Shown here piece after piece: positions 24,818 to 34,157 of a DNA stretch of 64,000 nucleotides. The DNA comes from a virus (taxonomy: Duplodnaviria; Caudoviricetes), in IMG/VR virus record IMGVR_UViG_3300002092_001784, positions 160,001-224,000 of that record. The stretch is one strand, 5' to 3'. Below the pieces are notes generated by a model, which was not told the DNA's origin, did no database searches, and was given only the letters and a program-made list of their open reading frames with translations. Made by a program: the position numbers and the translations under genes. Within the stretch, counting starts at the first letter, position 1, and each line of letters starts with the position of its first letter.

Positions 24818-25027
24818 ATGAATACTGATTTTTTGAATACATTGAGTGGTGTTGATAAGGTTCTGTACAAATCGGCTTATCAGTTTACCGAACGGTATTG
24901 TAACGGAACTCCAGAAGAGTGTCACGCTGAAGGTCTTAAAAAAATTAAAGATACCCACAAATTGGCTTCTAAAAAAGAAGTTTGGGTAGATATTACCACC
25001 GGTCGTAAAGTTAGAGGCCAATTTTAA
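24818..25027 (+). CDS. hypothetical protein
   Basis: ORF downstream of promoter. Confidence 0.65.
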   Translation: MNTDFLNTLSGVDKVLYKSAYQFTERYCNGTPEECHAEGLKKIKDTHKLASKKEVWVDITTGRKVRGQF

Positions 25028-25052
25028 TTAAAATAATTATTAAAAATAAATC

Positions 25053-25092
25053 AATCCGGTATTGTTTATATCGGATTTTTTTTGTATATTTG
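25053..25092 (+). promoter_or_regulatory. overlapping terminator hairpin and sigma70 promoter
   Basis: AATCCGGTAT-tgttt-ATATCGGATT plus T-run; ATTG 25061-25064, N20, TATATTTG 25085-25092. Confidence 0.65.
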
Positions 25093-25115
25093 TATTAATC
25101 AATAAATCATAAAAT

Positions 25116-26009
25116 ATGAATTTAGGATATGCTTGCATAAATATGACAATGGGTAAAACGGTTACTACCAATCGTTCAATGGTTAAACGTACATTCAATC
25201 TAAGGGGACTGGATTATGTTTCCGAACTTACACTACTCAATGCAAAAGATATTATTAAAATATTGCAATGGAATCTTAAAAATAGTATTAAATTTTTCCG
25301 ATTATCATCTGCCATTGTACCGTGGGGTGATAAGTTAGATTTAACACAACTAAAAGATTACAAACAAATTTCGGATGCACTTAAAAAAGCCGGTGATTTC
25401 GCAACTCAAAACGATATTCGTATCACATCGCACCCCGGTCCGTTTGTAGTGCTTGTTTCACCAAACGAAACAGTTGTTGACAACGCAATCGCAGATTTGG
25501 AAATGCACGGTAAAATATTCGATATGATGGGGTTATCCAAATCAGTTTACAATAAGATTAATATCCATTGTAACGGTGTTTACGGAGATAAGTTATCAGC
25601 AATGGATAGATTCTGCACTAACTACCAAAGGTTATCAGAATCGGTTAAAACACGTCTTACTATTGAGAATGATGATAAAGCATCAATGTATTCTGTGGCA
25701 GACCTTATGTATATCCACAATAAAATAAAAATCCCTATTGTGTTTGATTATCACCATCACCAATTCTGTACCGGTGATTTATCAGAAGAGGCAGCATTAT
25801 CACTTGCTGTTTCAACGTGGCCGGACGGTATCACACCTGTTGTTCACTATTCAGAAAGTAAATCATCACACGAAAACAATACAAAGTTAAAACCACAAGC
25901 ACATTCAGATTATATCAAATCATTACCAAACACCTACGGTAATTCAGTTTCGATTATGGTGGAAGCAAAAGCTAAAGAACTTGCAATATTACCGTTTATA
26001 AAAAAATAA
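25116..26009 (+). CDS. uvsE: UV DNA damage endonuclease (UvsE/UVDE)
   Basis: LGYACIN, FFRLSS, HPG, TIENDD, FDYHHH, HYSES, QAHSD, VEAKAKE. Confidence 0.95.
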   Translation: MNLGYACINMTMGKTVTTNRSMVKRTFNLRGLDYVSELTLLNAKDIIKILQWNLKNSIKFFRLSSAIVPWGDKLDLTQLKDYKQISDALKKAGDFATQNDIRITSHPGPFVVLVSPNETVVDNAIADLEMHGKIFDMMGLSKSVYNKINIHCNGVYGDKLSAMDRFCTNYQRLSESVKTRLTIENDDKASMYSVADLMYIHNKIKIPIVFDYHHHQFCTGDLSEEAALSLAVSTWPDGITPVVHYSESKSSHENNTKLKPQAHSDYIKSLPNTYGNSVSIMVEAKAKELAILPFIKK

Positions 26010-26012
26010 ATT

Positions 26013-26210
26013 ATGAGTAAAAAAATAAAATATAGTGTTGATTGTTATATTCCTGGACAACATCATAGTAATATAATAGAATGTAGAGAAATGGCAATAT
26101 ATGGAGGGGCATATACTTTTTGGGATTGTGAATATGGTGAAACAAATAGACTAATAGCCTCGTACCCGATAATGTTTACGATTATTGAAAATACGGAAAC
26201 CGATGAATAA
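26013..26210 (+). CDS. hypothetical protein
   Basis: ORF track. Confidence 0.6.
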   Translation: MSKKIKYSVDCYIPGQHHSNIIECREMAIYGGAYTFWDCEYGETNRLIASYPIMFTIIENTETDE

Positions 26211-27459
26211 TTTAGATAAAAAATACACCGATTTACTTCAAGATATTTTGGATAACGGTGTTAAAAAAGAAGATAGAACTGGTACTGGTACTATATCAGT
26301 GTTTGGAAGACAAATAAGGCATAAAATGTCTGAAGGATTTCCTTTGCTAACTACCAAAAAGATGTATTTCAAAGGTATTGTAACCGAACTACTATGGTTT
26401 TTGCGTGGAGATACAAATATTGAGTATTTGGTTCATAATGATTGTCACATATGGGATGGGGATGCCTATAAGAGATACGTTAAAGAAAATCAATTTAACT
26501 CAAATGCAAAATGGTTGAAACCTGTACTGTTAGAAAATGGACATTATGGAGCAGATTTATATACAAAAGAAGAATTTATCAACAAAATAAAAACCGATAA
26601 TGAATTTGCTGAGGAATGGGGAGAACTTGGACCAGTGTATGGGAAGCAATGGCGAAAATGGGAAAGGTATGGTCATAGGGGGGTTCAGAATGGAGCATTG
26701 GACTGTGGATTTATTACCCAAGAAGATGTCGATAAAGAAATGTATATAGATCAAATCGCAACCCTAATCAACGACCTTAAAACAAATCCCGATAGCAGAA
26801 GATTGATGGTTAATAGCTGGAACGTAGGTGAAATTGACCAAATGGTTTTACCACCATGTCATTACGGATTTCAATGTTACACTAGAGAGTTGAGTCACAA
26901 AGAAAGGTGTGATTTATTTGGACATAATGATGATCCAAACCGAAAAGACTCTTATTCCAAATGGTTGGATGATAACGGATTTCCGAAAAGAGCTATCTCT
27001 TTAATGTGGAATCAACGTTCAGTAGATACACCATTGGGACTTCCATTCAATATAGCATCTTATGGGTTACTACTTACTATGATTGCCGATGAAGTTAATA
27101 TGGTGACTGATGAAGTTATTGGTAATTTAGGGGATTGTCACATATACCTTAACCAAATCGAAGGTGTTAAAGAACAAATTGGACGTGAATTTACATTAGA
27201 AGAACGAATTGATATGGCATCTAAATGTAACGGTTTTGACCCGTTTGATTTTGGTATTGGAGAACATAGAACTAACGCAATTCAAAAATATCATGACCAT
27301 GAAGTTTGTGATGCTTATGAAGTTCCCCGACGAACAAGAGAACCATATCCATTACCAACCGTTAAAGTTCAAGATGGTATAGAGTGTTCATCTATTAATG
27401 ATGTAATATTATTGGATTATAAATCACATCCAACAATTAAATTTCCTTTAAGCAACTAA
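26203..27459 (+). CDS. thyA: thymidylate synthase (with family-variable insertions)
   Basis: DRTGTGT, ELLWFLRG, GELGPVYGKQWR, SRR, LPPCH, QRSVD, GLPFN; ATG 26203. Confidence 0.95.
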   Translation: MNNLDKKYTDLLQDILDNGVKKEDRTGTGTISVFGRQIRHKMSEGFPLLTTKKMYFKGIVTELLWFLRGDTNIEYLVHNDCHIWDGDAYKRYVKENQFNSNAKWLKPVLLENGHYGADLYTKEEFINKIKTDNEFAEEWGELGPVYGKQWRKWERYGHRGVQNGALDCGFITQEDVDKEMYIDQIATLINDLKTNPDSRRLMVNSWNVGEIDQMVLPPCHYGFQCYTRELSHKERCDLFGHNDDPNRKDSYSKWLDDNGFPKRAISLMWNQRSVDTPLGLPFNIASYGLLLTMIADEVNMVTDEVIGNLGDCHIYLNQIEGVKEQIGREFTLEERIDMASKCNGFDPFDFGIGEHRTNAIQKYHDHEVCDAYEVPRRTREPYPLPTVKVQDGIECSSINDVILLDYKSHPTIKFPLSN

Positions 27460-27772
27460 AAAATTCAATAAATAAATTACAAAACCATGAAAGAATTATT
27501 TGAAAAACAATTAAAAAACGACACTCTAACTGAGGATAATATTGGTGAACTACATAATAAAACATATTTTAATGGGGAAGAAATACAAGTTGGCGATGTT
27601 ATACTATTTGCAATGTTAATGAGTGAAGTAATTGACAAAGAAGGTGAAATCCCAGAATTGCCAATGAAAATAATAATATTAAATGAAAGACATTTTAATT
27701 TGTTTGAATATGATGAACGACTTAATAAAAACAATGATTGGCCAATAATTAAATTTCCTTTAAGCAACTAAA
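27430..27772 (+). repeat. 31-bp direct repeat of the thyA 3' end, 312 bp apart
   Basis: ccaacaattaaatttcctttaagcaactaaa (27430-27460) and ccaataattaaatttcctttaagcaactaaa (27742-27772). Confidence 0.95.
27487..27771 (+). CDS. hypothetical protein ending in the duplicated ThyA C-terminus
   Basis: Ends PIIKFPLSN*; ThyA ends PTIKFPLSN*. Confidence 0.65.
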   Translation: MKELFEKQLKNDTLTEDNIGELHNKTYFNGEEIQVGDVILFAMLMSEVIDKEGEIPELPMKIIILNERHFNLFEYDERLNKNNDWPIIKFPLSN

Positions 27773-27775
27773 TTT

Positions 27776-27985
27776 ATGAAAATAACAATAAACGGAAAAG
27801 AACTTCTAAAACATTTAACGGAGTTTCACAATATAACTGATGAGGAAATTGAAAAAAGAGCCAACGGCGATGTTCAAAAACATTTACTATTGTTAATGGA
27901 AAGAGATTTTGTTCTAGAAATTAATACTGGAATTATTAAAGATTTGTTAAAATGGAGAAATGAAAGCGATAATAGCAAAAAATAA
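27776..27985 (+). CDS. hypothetical protein
   Basis: ORF track. Confidence 0.6.
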   Translation: MKITINGKELLKHLTEFHNITDEEIEKRANGDVQKHLLLLMERDFVLEINTGIIKDLLKWRNESDNSKK

Positions 27986-28346
27986 CAAAGATTTTATCGG
28001 GTTAGATGGAAATCTACCATGGAAGTGTTCAAGCGATTTAACACACTTCAAACACCTAACTATGGGTAGCACATTATTGGTAGGTTGGAAAACCGCTCAA
28101 ACGTTACCAAAACTGAAAGGTAGAACGGTTATAGTTTATGATAAAAACAATACCGAAACTGATTACACTAAAGCTGATTGGTGTATTGGTGGAAAGGATA
28201 CATACGAAAGATTTTGTGATAAATTTACAGAATTATATATATCACATATAGATGATGATACGATTGGAGATACCTATTTCCCTCGACTGGAAAAACTCAA
28301 TGTTAACTGCAAGATATATCATTACTATTTTAACCCAAATAAATAA
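27960..28346 (+). CDS. folA: dihydrofolate reductase
   Basis: IGLDGNLPW...DLTHFK, VGWKT, PKLKGR, CIGG, GDTYFP. Confidence 0.9.
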   Translation: MKAIIAKNNKDFIGLDGNLPWKCSSDLTHFKHLTMGSTLLVGWKTAQTLPKLKGRTVIVYDKNNTETDYTKADWCIGGKDTYERFCDKFTELYISHIDDDTIGDTYFPRLEKLNVNCKIYHYYFNPNK

Positions 28347-28351
28347 TAGAT

Positions 28352-28600
28352 ATGACACTTAAAGAGTTAAAAGAATGGATTAACGGTTTACCGGAAGAGT
28401 TTTCTGAATTTGAAGTAGTAAATGGTGAAGAAGCTGAATTAGATGGTCAGTATTGGTATCGCAAGGATAAACCGATAGTTTCCGCAATGGTAGATGATGA
28501 AAATCAAGAAGTATGCCTGTTTAATGGTGCTACAAGCGAATTATCGGATGAAGATATTGCTGAAATTAATAAATTAAAGGAAGAACAATCCACAAATTAA
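28352..28600 (+). CDS. acidic hypothetical protein
   Basis: MTLKELKEWINGLPEE pattern. Confidence 0.65.
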   Translation: MTLKELKEWINGLPEEFSEFEVVNGEEAELDGQYWYRKDKPIVSAMVDDENQEVCLFNGATSELSDEDIAEINKLKEEQSTN

Positions 28601-28614
28601 AATAAAAAAAAGTT

Positions 28615-29187
28615 ATGAAAGTAAAAAAAATTGAAGAATCCGTAATTTCCGATAAGGATATTAAATTATATACGGAGTCCGTTTCTAAATTAAATGGTGT
28701 TGTATTTACCGCAGCGGATGTGAATATAGATAAACGGATTATAACAGTTCGTATTGGGGCTAAAGAAGATGAATTGACTATGATCAATCCAAAGGTTATT
28801 GAATCTGCCGATAAATTTGTTGTTTATTTTGAAATCGATGACAGAAAGAAAAAGGTTAGAAAAACCAAACGGTCACCTTATTTAGTTGTAGAAACTGATA
28901 ATTTGGGCAAGGTGGAGTTTAAGGCAGAGAAAGAACATTGGAAAAATGCTGAAGAATTTATGACAGATGCTGGACTTGCAGAGTGTGTATTGGTTCAGAG
29001 AGCAATTGATGCGATTGACGGAATATCAATAATGGATTCTGTACGCAAGTATTCGGATACGGTTGTTAATAATTATAAACCCGGTCGTAACGAAAAGATT
29101 TTAATGGAAAGCGGTGATGGTGAAATGGTTTTTGTTAAAAGTAAATATTCACCAAACTACGAGCAAAAAGGATATAAACTTTTATAA
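28615..29187 (+). CDS. peptide deformylase-like protein, catalytic motifs degenerate
   Basis: TAADVNIDKRII, MINPKVI, AECVLVQRAIDAIDG in place of HExxH; C-terminal PGRNE SEC-C-like. Confidence 0.65.
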   Translation: MKVKKIEESVISDKDIKLYTESVSKLNGVVFTAADVNIDKRIITVRIGAKEDELTMINPKVIESADKFVVYFEIDDRKKKVRKTKRSPYLVVETDNLGKVEFKAEKEHWKNAEEFMTDAGLAECVLVQRAIDAIDGISIMDSVRKYSDTVVNNYKPGRNEKILMESGDGEMVFVKSKYSPNYEQKGYKLL

Positions 29188-29189
29188 TT

Positions 29190-29438
29190 ATGGAAGGAAT
29201 TGATACAACTGCATTTTTACAAATGCAAAAGGATTTATTAACAGTTCAAATTATAGTTGAATGTCTGGTTGATGAACTCATTGAAACCAATGTTATATCT
29301 AAAGAAACGTTTTCGGTTAGATTGGATTCTAAAATAAAAATTATTACTGGTATTTTGGATAAGATGAAAACTGATGCTGTTGGGTTAGATACATTATTGA
29401 AATCGCCAATGGCATCGAATAAAGTTGGACAAGCATAA
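29190..29438 (+). CDS. hypothetical protein
   Basis: ORF track. Confidence 0.65.
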   Translation: MEGIDTTAFLQMQKDLLTVQIIVECLVDELIETNVISKETFSVRLDSKIKIITGILDKMKTDAVGLDTLLKSPMASNKVGQA

Positions 29439-29449
29439 TTTTTATAGTG

Positions 29450-29731
29450 ATGGCAATATTTTTAACAATATGTATATTATTGGTATTATCATTGATTAGT
29501 AATTTTATACTTCTTATATTCGGTATTCGAATGGTTAAAAAAAATGAAGTATTGGCTGATTACATAAATGAATTTGATAATAGACAAGATAATACATTAC
29601 ATCAGCTGGAAACTATGCTTTCAGAAATGAGAGAAATTGATCTACGTGGTTCATTTGAATCGGATGATGAAGTTGGTGGTGTTTTTTCTGAATTGAAAGA
29701 CATCATAGAACAGTACAAAAACTTAATTTAA
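29450..29731 (+). CDS. membrane-anchored protein
   Basis: N-terminal TM; IDLRGSFESDDEVG motif. Confidence 0.65.
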   Translation: MAIFLTICILLVLSLISNFILLIFGIRMVKKNEVLADYINEFDNRQDNTLHQLETMLSEMREIDLRGSFESDDEVGGVFSELKDIIEQYKNLI

Positions 29732-29733
29732 CC

Positions 29734-30483
29734 ATGCCAAGAAAGAAAAAAAGTAGAATATATTTCACAGATGATACCGAACAAGCTATTATAGAATATA
29801 ATAAAACTACGGATGGCACACTTCGAAATCGAATTTATAAAGAACGGATTCAATATCCATTTGAAAAATTAGCAGAAAACATATTAAATACATTTAAGTT
29901 TTCGTATTTCGATATTTCAAAAGCAGATGTACAGTCCGAAGTAGTATCTACGTTGATTGAAAAAATTCATATGTTTAAGGAGGGTAGGGGTAAGGCATTT
30001 TCATACTTTAGTATTGTGGCTAAAAATCACCTAATACTAAAAAATAATGGAAATTATAAACGATTTAAGAAAGTTACTCCTATATCGGAAATGCCGGAAA
30101 CTTGGAATCCAGAAAACGATTTCAGAGAAGTTGAAATGAATGATGAATATTCGGAGTTCAAACAACTGATGTTAAATTATTGGGACAAAAATCTGACAAG
30201 AGTATTTACCAAAAAAAGGGACATACAAATAGCAGATGCAGTTCTTGAATTATTTAGAAGAAGTCAATATATTGAAAACTTTAATAAGAAACATTTATAC
30301 CTTTTAATTCGTGAAATGACCGATTGTAAAACGCATTATATTACAACCGTTGTTAATGAAATGAAAAAACATCAGGTAAAAATGTTAAATAGTTATTTCG
30401 AAACCGGAATGTTTGAAGAACAAAATATTCCTTTTTGGGAAGAACCATATTTATTAGAAGAAACAAATAACGAAGAAGATTAA
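29734..30483 (+). CDS. late-transcription sigma factor, T4 gp55-like (sigma70 region 2)
   Basis: KAFSYFSIVAKNHLI resembles the gp55 region-2 PFAYFTQI segment; located ahead of late genes. Confidence 0.6.
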   Translation: MPRKKKSRIYFTDDTEQAIIEYNKTTDGTLRNRIYKERIQYPFEKLAENILNTFKFSYFDISKADVQSEVVSTLIEKIHMFKEGRGKAFSYFSIVAKNHLILKNNGNYKRFKKVTPISEMPETWNPENDFREVEMNDEYSEFKQLMLNYWDKNLTRVFTKKRDIQIADAVLELFRRSQYIENFNKKHLYLLIREMTDCKTHYITTVVNEMKKHQVKMLNSYFETGMFEEQNIPFWEEPYLLEETNNEED

Positions 30484-30484
30484 T

Positions 30485-30856
30485 ATGGAACGGATAGCAT
30501 CGATGTTTTTTCACAGTAGAACCCAAGCGCATGTATTTCACTTGAGAGTTAAAGGACCTGGAGCATATGCAGCTCATAAAGCATTGCAAGATTATTATGA
30601 TGGTATTGTAGACCTTATCGATGGGTTGGTTGAATCATATCAAGGAAAATATGGATTAATTGAATTTAAGAATGTATCAAATATAGATAATAATGCGGAA
30701 GCGGATAATATAATTTCTTATTTCAAAAATCTATGTATTTTTCTTGAAAAAGAAAGACAAGATGAAAAGTTAAAAGATTCTTGGATTCAAAATCAAATTG
30801 ATAATGTGTGTGAATTATTAAATTCCACTTTATATAAGTTAACTAACTTACAATAA
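30485..30856 (+). CDS. ferritin/Dps-like protein (DUF5856-like)
   Basis: HSRTQAHVFH...HKALQDYYDGIVDLIDGLVESYQG...QNQIDNV...YKL. Confidence 0.75.
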   Translation: MERIASMFFHSRTQAHVFHLRVKGPGAYAAHKALQDYYDGIVDLIDGLVESYQGKYGLIEFKNVSNIDNNAEADNIISYFKNLCIFLEKERQDEKLKDSWIQNQIDNVCELLNSTLYKLTNLQ

Positions 30857-30877
30857 TACATCATTTTTATTATTTGG

Positions 30878-30913
30878 GGGTATCTGATATTTATTATTGG
30901 ATACCCTTTTTTT
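30878..30913 (+). terminator. terminator hairpin with late-promoter motif in its loop
   Basis: GGGTATCT-gATATTTATTatt-GGATACCC plus T7. Confidence 0.65.
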
Positions 30914-30951
30914 GTGTCTAATTGTACAATTTTATGTAAAATATTAAAAAT

Positions 30952-31242
30952 ATGTCATATTTACAAAAACTTTTAAGTAAATTACTGAATGATAATAATC
31001 ATTTCAATGAAAAAATATTCGTTGGATTGTTATCGTTTTTATTAATTGCAGTTACTATGATTTTGGATTTAGTTACTGGGTATGTAGGCAAACCGTTGGT
31101 TATTAATGAGTTTGTATTTAATGGGGTATTGATATTGTGTTTGGGTTCTCTTGGAATTTCAAGTGTGGATAAGTTTACAAATAAACACAATCCGGCGAAT
31201 GGTGAAGATGATGCTGATATACAAGACCCACCTGTTCAATAA
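30952..31242 (+). CDS. holin-like two-TM protein
   Basis: Two TM helices, charged C-terminus. Confidence 0.5.
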   Translation: MSYLQKLLSKLLNDNNHFNEKIFVGLLSFLLIAVTMILDLVTGYVGKPLVINEFVFNGVLILCLGSLGISSVDKFTNKHNPANGEDDADIQDPPVQ

Positions 31243-31253
31243 TTATAAATCAT

Positions 31254-31262
31254 ATATTTATA
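31254..31262 (+). promoter_or_regulatory. candidate late promoter ATATTTATA
   Basis: Upstream of 31284. Confidence 0.55.
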
Positions 31263-31283
31263 TATATAATTAACATTGATAGT

Positions 31284-31928
31284 ATGTGGAAGAGTTTATT
31301 TGATTTGAAAAATATAGTAATTGCAGTATTGGCTGGTATAATTCTATGGCAAACATTTGTAGTGATTCCTAATAAGAAAAAAGGTGACACTGTTTATATA
31401 GATGGTAAACCATATGAAGTGGTAGTACATAAAGTAGATACTGTATATAAATGGAAAGAAAAAATTGTATTTAAGGATGGTTCTAAAATCCATTATGATA
31501 CAGTATACATTCAGCTTCCAATTAATATAGATACATTCAAAGTAGTCAGAGATTATTATGCAAAATATATAGCTACCGATACATTGGTTCTTGATAATAA
31601 AATGGGTACTATAACAATTCGTGATACGATTACTCAAAATAAAATACTAAACAGATGGTGGCATTCCAATATAAAAGAAACTACTATAAATGATGTAACG
31701 ATAGTTAAAGAACCCGCAAGAACTCAATTATATTGGGGAATTGATGGTTCGTTTAATTCAACAACATTTATGAACGCAGCATCGGTAGGTGTTATACTAA
31801 AAACAAAATCAGATATGCTATATAAATTGGGAATTGGTATTGCTGATTCGCATATTGGTACATCGATAAATGGGGTAACGCCATATGTTGGTGCTGGGGT
31901 ATACTGGAAAATAAAATTAAAAAAATAA
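31284..31928 (+). CDS. membrane-anchored beta-rich protein (lysis-associated candidate)
   Basis: N-terminal TM, DTVY repeats, C-terminal beta strands ending YWKIKLKK; next to holin-like gene. Confidence 0.5.
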   Translation: MWKSLFDLKNIVIAVLAGIILWQTFVVIPNKKKGDTVYIDGKPYEVVVHKVDTVYKWKEKIVFKDGSKIHYDTVYIQLPINIDTFKVVRDYYAKYIATDTLVLDNKMGTITIRDTITQNKILNRWWHSNIKETTINDVTIVKEPARTQLYWGIDGSFNSTTFMNAASVGVILKTKSDMLYKLGIGIADSHIGTSINGVTPYVGAGVYWKIKLKK

Positions 31929-31931
31929 AAA

Positions 31932-32324
31932 ATGTCAACCGATTTTGAATTATTTAAGGGAAAATCATTAAGCTCTTTGTTTAAGGATATATACACCAAT
32001 CAAGTGACTAAAAAGGATAGAATAAGTGAATTAATTGAAGATATTCGTAAATTATTACTATCTCCAAGCGATATGGCTGTACTTGGCCCAATTATAAAAG
32101 ATTTAATCGAAACATCTGTAAAAAATGATGACCAATTACTTAAACTTGCTACTATTGCACAACGAATAATAGCAAGTGATAAAAAGTCAGAAGGTGATGA
32201 TGGGTTTTTAAGCGCAGCTGAGAAAGCTCAACTATTAAAGGATTTGGAAGAAACAAAAATTGAAGTACAAAAGGTTGATGAATTGGAAGATGAAGTTGAT
32301 AAGATAAAAAAGAAAATTAAATAA
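31932..32324 (+). CDS. conserved-type helical phage protein
   Basis: FKGKSLSSLFKDIY...VKNDDQLLKLATIAQR. Confidence 0.65.
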   Translation: MSTDFELFKGKSLSSLFKDIYTNQVTKKDRISELIEDIRKLLLSPSDMAVLGPIIKDLIETSVKNDDQLLKLATIAQRIIASDKKSEGDDGFLSAAEKAQLLKDLEETKIEVQKVDELEDEVDKIKKKIK

Positions 32325-32326
32325 CG

Positions 32327-33547
32327 ATGCCAATACAAAATGCAATAACATCAAATACAACGTTTACTCAATTTTCGGGTGGTGCTAAATCCGTATTGGG
32401 ACATGCTGTTGTATATTCTGTAATATTGGATGATAAACACCCACTAATAAAGAATGGAAATGAACATATTACACATATTGGTGCGATTGAATTTAGGTAT
32501 GTTTCAAAATCTCCAACTGATGACGATAATTTACCAATAGCATTTCCAATTGATAAGAATTTTAGAAATTTACCGGTAATAAATGAAACGGTTGAAATTA
32601 TAGATGATAATTCTGGATTACTATATTACAGAAGAATTGGTTTAGAATTATCGCCAAATGTAAATTCAGATACTAGCTATATTAGTACATTTTTTAAGCC
32701 GGTATCGGTATCATCGGTTGCTTCTTATATCAAATCAGCAGCAGTTGGAATTATTAGTGGTAACGGTGGCGGTGCATCGAAATTTGATAAATATGGAGAT
32801 TATTTCAAACCACAAAAAGTACATAAACTTAAATTGTACGAAGGTGATAGCGTATTTGAAAGCAGGTTTGGACAATCTATTCGATTTTCTGGATATAATA
32901 ATGATGGTAACAAATATTCACCTACTATTATAATCCGAAACTATGAAAATGCAAAATCGCAAGATTTGAAAGCAACTGAATTGACAGAGGAAGATGTGAA
33001 TATGGATGGTAGTACGATTGCTTTAACTTCTCAAGATTATAAATCAGCATTTCAACCGGGTACTGTAAATAATGGATCATCGGATATGGAGACGAAACCG
33101 AAATCATTCAAAGATTATCCATCGGAATTGAAAGGACATCAAATGCTGTTTAGTTCCGATAGGATAATTATATCAGCTAGAAAATCTGAAATGATTTTTT
33201 ATTCAAAGAAAAATTATGGGTTTATATCTGATGGACAAATGTCTATGGATAATAAACTGGGTATTGAAATAAATGTTGGCGGTGATACGAATATAAAAAC
33301 CAATAGTAAAGATATTAATATGAATACTGATAGTGGGCATGTTAATGTTGGTAATACAGATTTAGAGCCATTGGTCAAAGGAAATCAGTTGGTAACTGTA
33401 TTGCAAAATTTAATAGATGCTATAAATCAGCAAGTATATCTAACTCCAGCTGGTCCTTCAGCTCCCGGACCTGTAAATAAGCCGGCATTTGAGCAAATAA
33501 AAGCAAATCTAAAAGTAATACTAAGTAAACTAAATAATGTTTCATAA
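32327..33547 (+). CDS. baseplate hub/spike protein (T4 gp5/gpV-like)
   Basis: N-terminal OB-like region (PVINETV), EGDSVFESRFGQSIRFS, C-terminal beta-repeat and LVKGNQL...TPAGPS. Confidence 0.6.
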   Translation: MPIQNAITSNTTFTQFSGGAKSVLGHAVVYSVILDDKHPLIKNGNEHITHIGAIEFRYVSKSPTDDDNLPIAFPIDKNFRNLPVINETVEIIDDNSGLLYYRRIGLELSPNVNSDTSYISTFFKPVSVSSVASYIKSAAVGIISGNGGGASKFDKYGDYFKPQKVHKLKLYEGDSVFESRFGQSIRFSGYNNDGNKYSPTIIIRNYENAKSQDLKATELTEEDVNMDGSTIALTSQDYKSAFQPGTVNNGSSDMETKPKSFKDYPSELKGHQMLFSSDRIIISARKSEMIFYSKKNYGFISDGQMSMDNKLGIEINVGGDTNIKTNSKDINMNTDSGHVNVGNTDLEPLVKGNQLVTVLQNLIDAINQQVYLTPAGPSAPGPVNKPAFEQIKANLKVILSKLNNVS

Positions 33548-34104
33548 TGTCATGGAGTCTATTCAAACAGAACATTAAAAATGTAGAGGATCATCCCGAA
33601 AACATAAAATCCGTTAACCAAATAGCTCATCTATATGCTACCGAATATGATGCGGCAATAAAAAGAGGTGGTGATTTAGTAAATCATATCCCAATAATGA
33701 CCGGTAATGTAGGTGCGTTGGAATCTATGATGTTATTGGCATTGAACAGTGGATTAAATTCGCAAGGAACTTATAATTTGGTACATCAAATGGGACCCGG
33801 TATTATATTGTATTGGACCGGTGCTACTATGATGACCGCTCCAGTACCAATCACACCTGCGATTGGGGCAATTGTAAATACAGCATGTACTGCTGGTATA
33901 TGTAATAATCCCGGTCAATGGAACGAAGTACAACCGCCGCCACAACCAGCAGATTCAACTTCCCCAATGGTAGATCAATTCATAGCATATGCTAAAATTC
34001 ACTTAACAACCATTGGTGGTATGTTTAATACAATATCATTGTATCCACCGTTGGCATCTCCGGGTCCGGGTGTTGTGATGTGGAATGGGTATATGGTTCC
34101 GTGA
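33547..34104 (+). CDS. virion/baseplate-associated protein
   Basis: Coupled to gp5-like gene. Confidence 0.55.
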   Translation: MSWSLFKQNIKNVEDHPENIKSVNQIAHLYATEYDAAIKRGGDLVNHIPIMTGNVGALESMMLLALNSGLNSQGTYNLVHQMGPGIILYWTGATMMTAPVPITPAIGAIVNTACTAGICNNPGQWNEVQPPPQPADSTSPMVDQFIAYAKIHLTTIGGMFNTISLYPPLASPGPGVVMWNGYMVP

Positions 34105-34137
34105 TATTCCATTCGTTTCCAAAAATAAACAATTCAA

Positions 34138-34146
34138 ATATTTATA
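34138..34146 (+). promoter_or_regulatory. candidate late promoter ATATTTATA
   Basis: Upstream of ATG 34158. Confidence 0.55.
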
Positions 34147-34157
34147 GTTATAACAAA

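Noticed and set aside
26203-27459. Group I intron or intein in thyA
   Set aside because: ORF is continuous with all motifs; the extra length is short in-frame insertions with no splicing or intein motifs.
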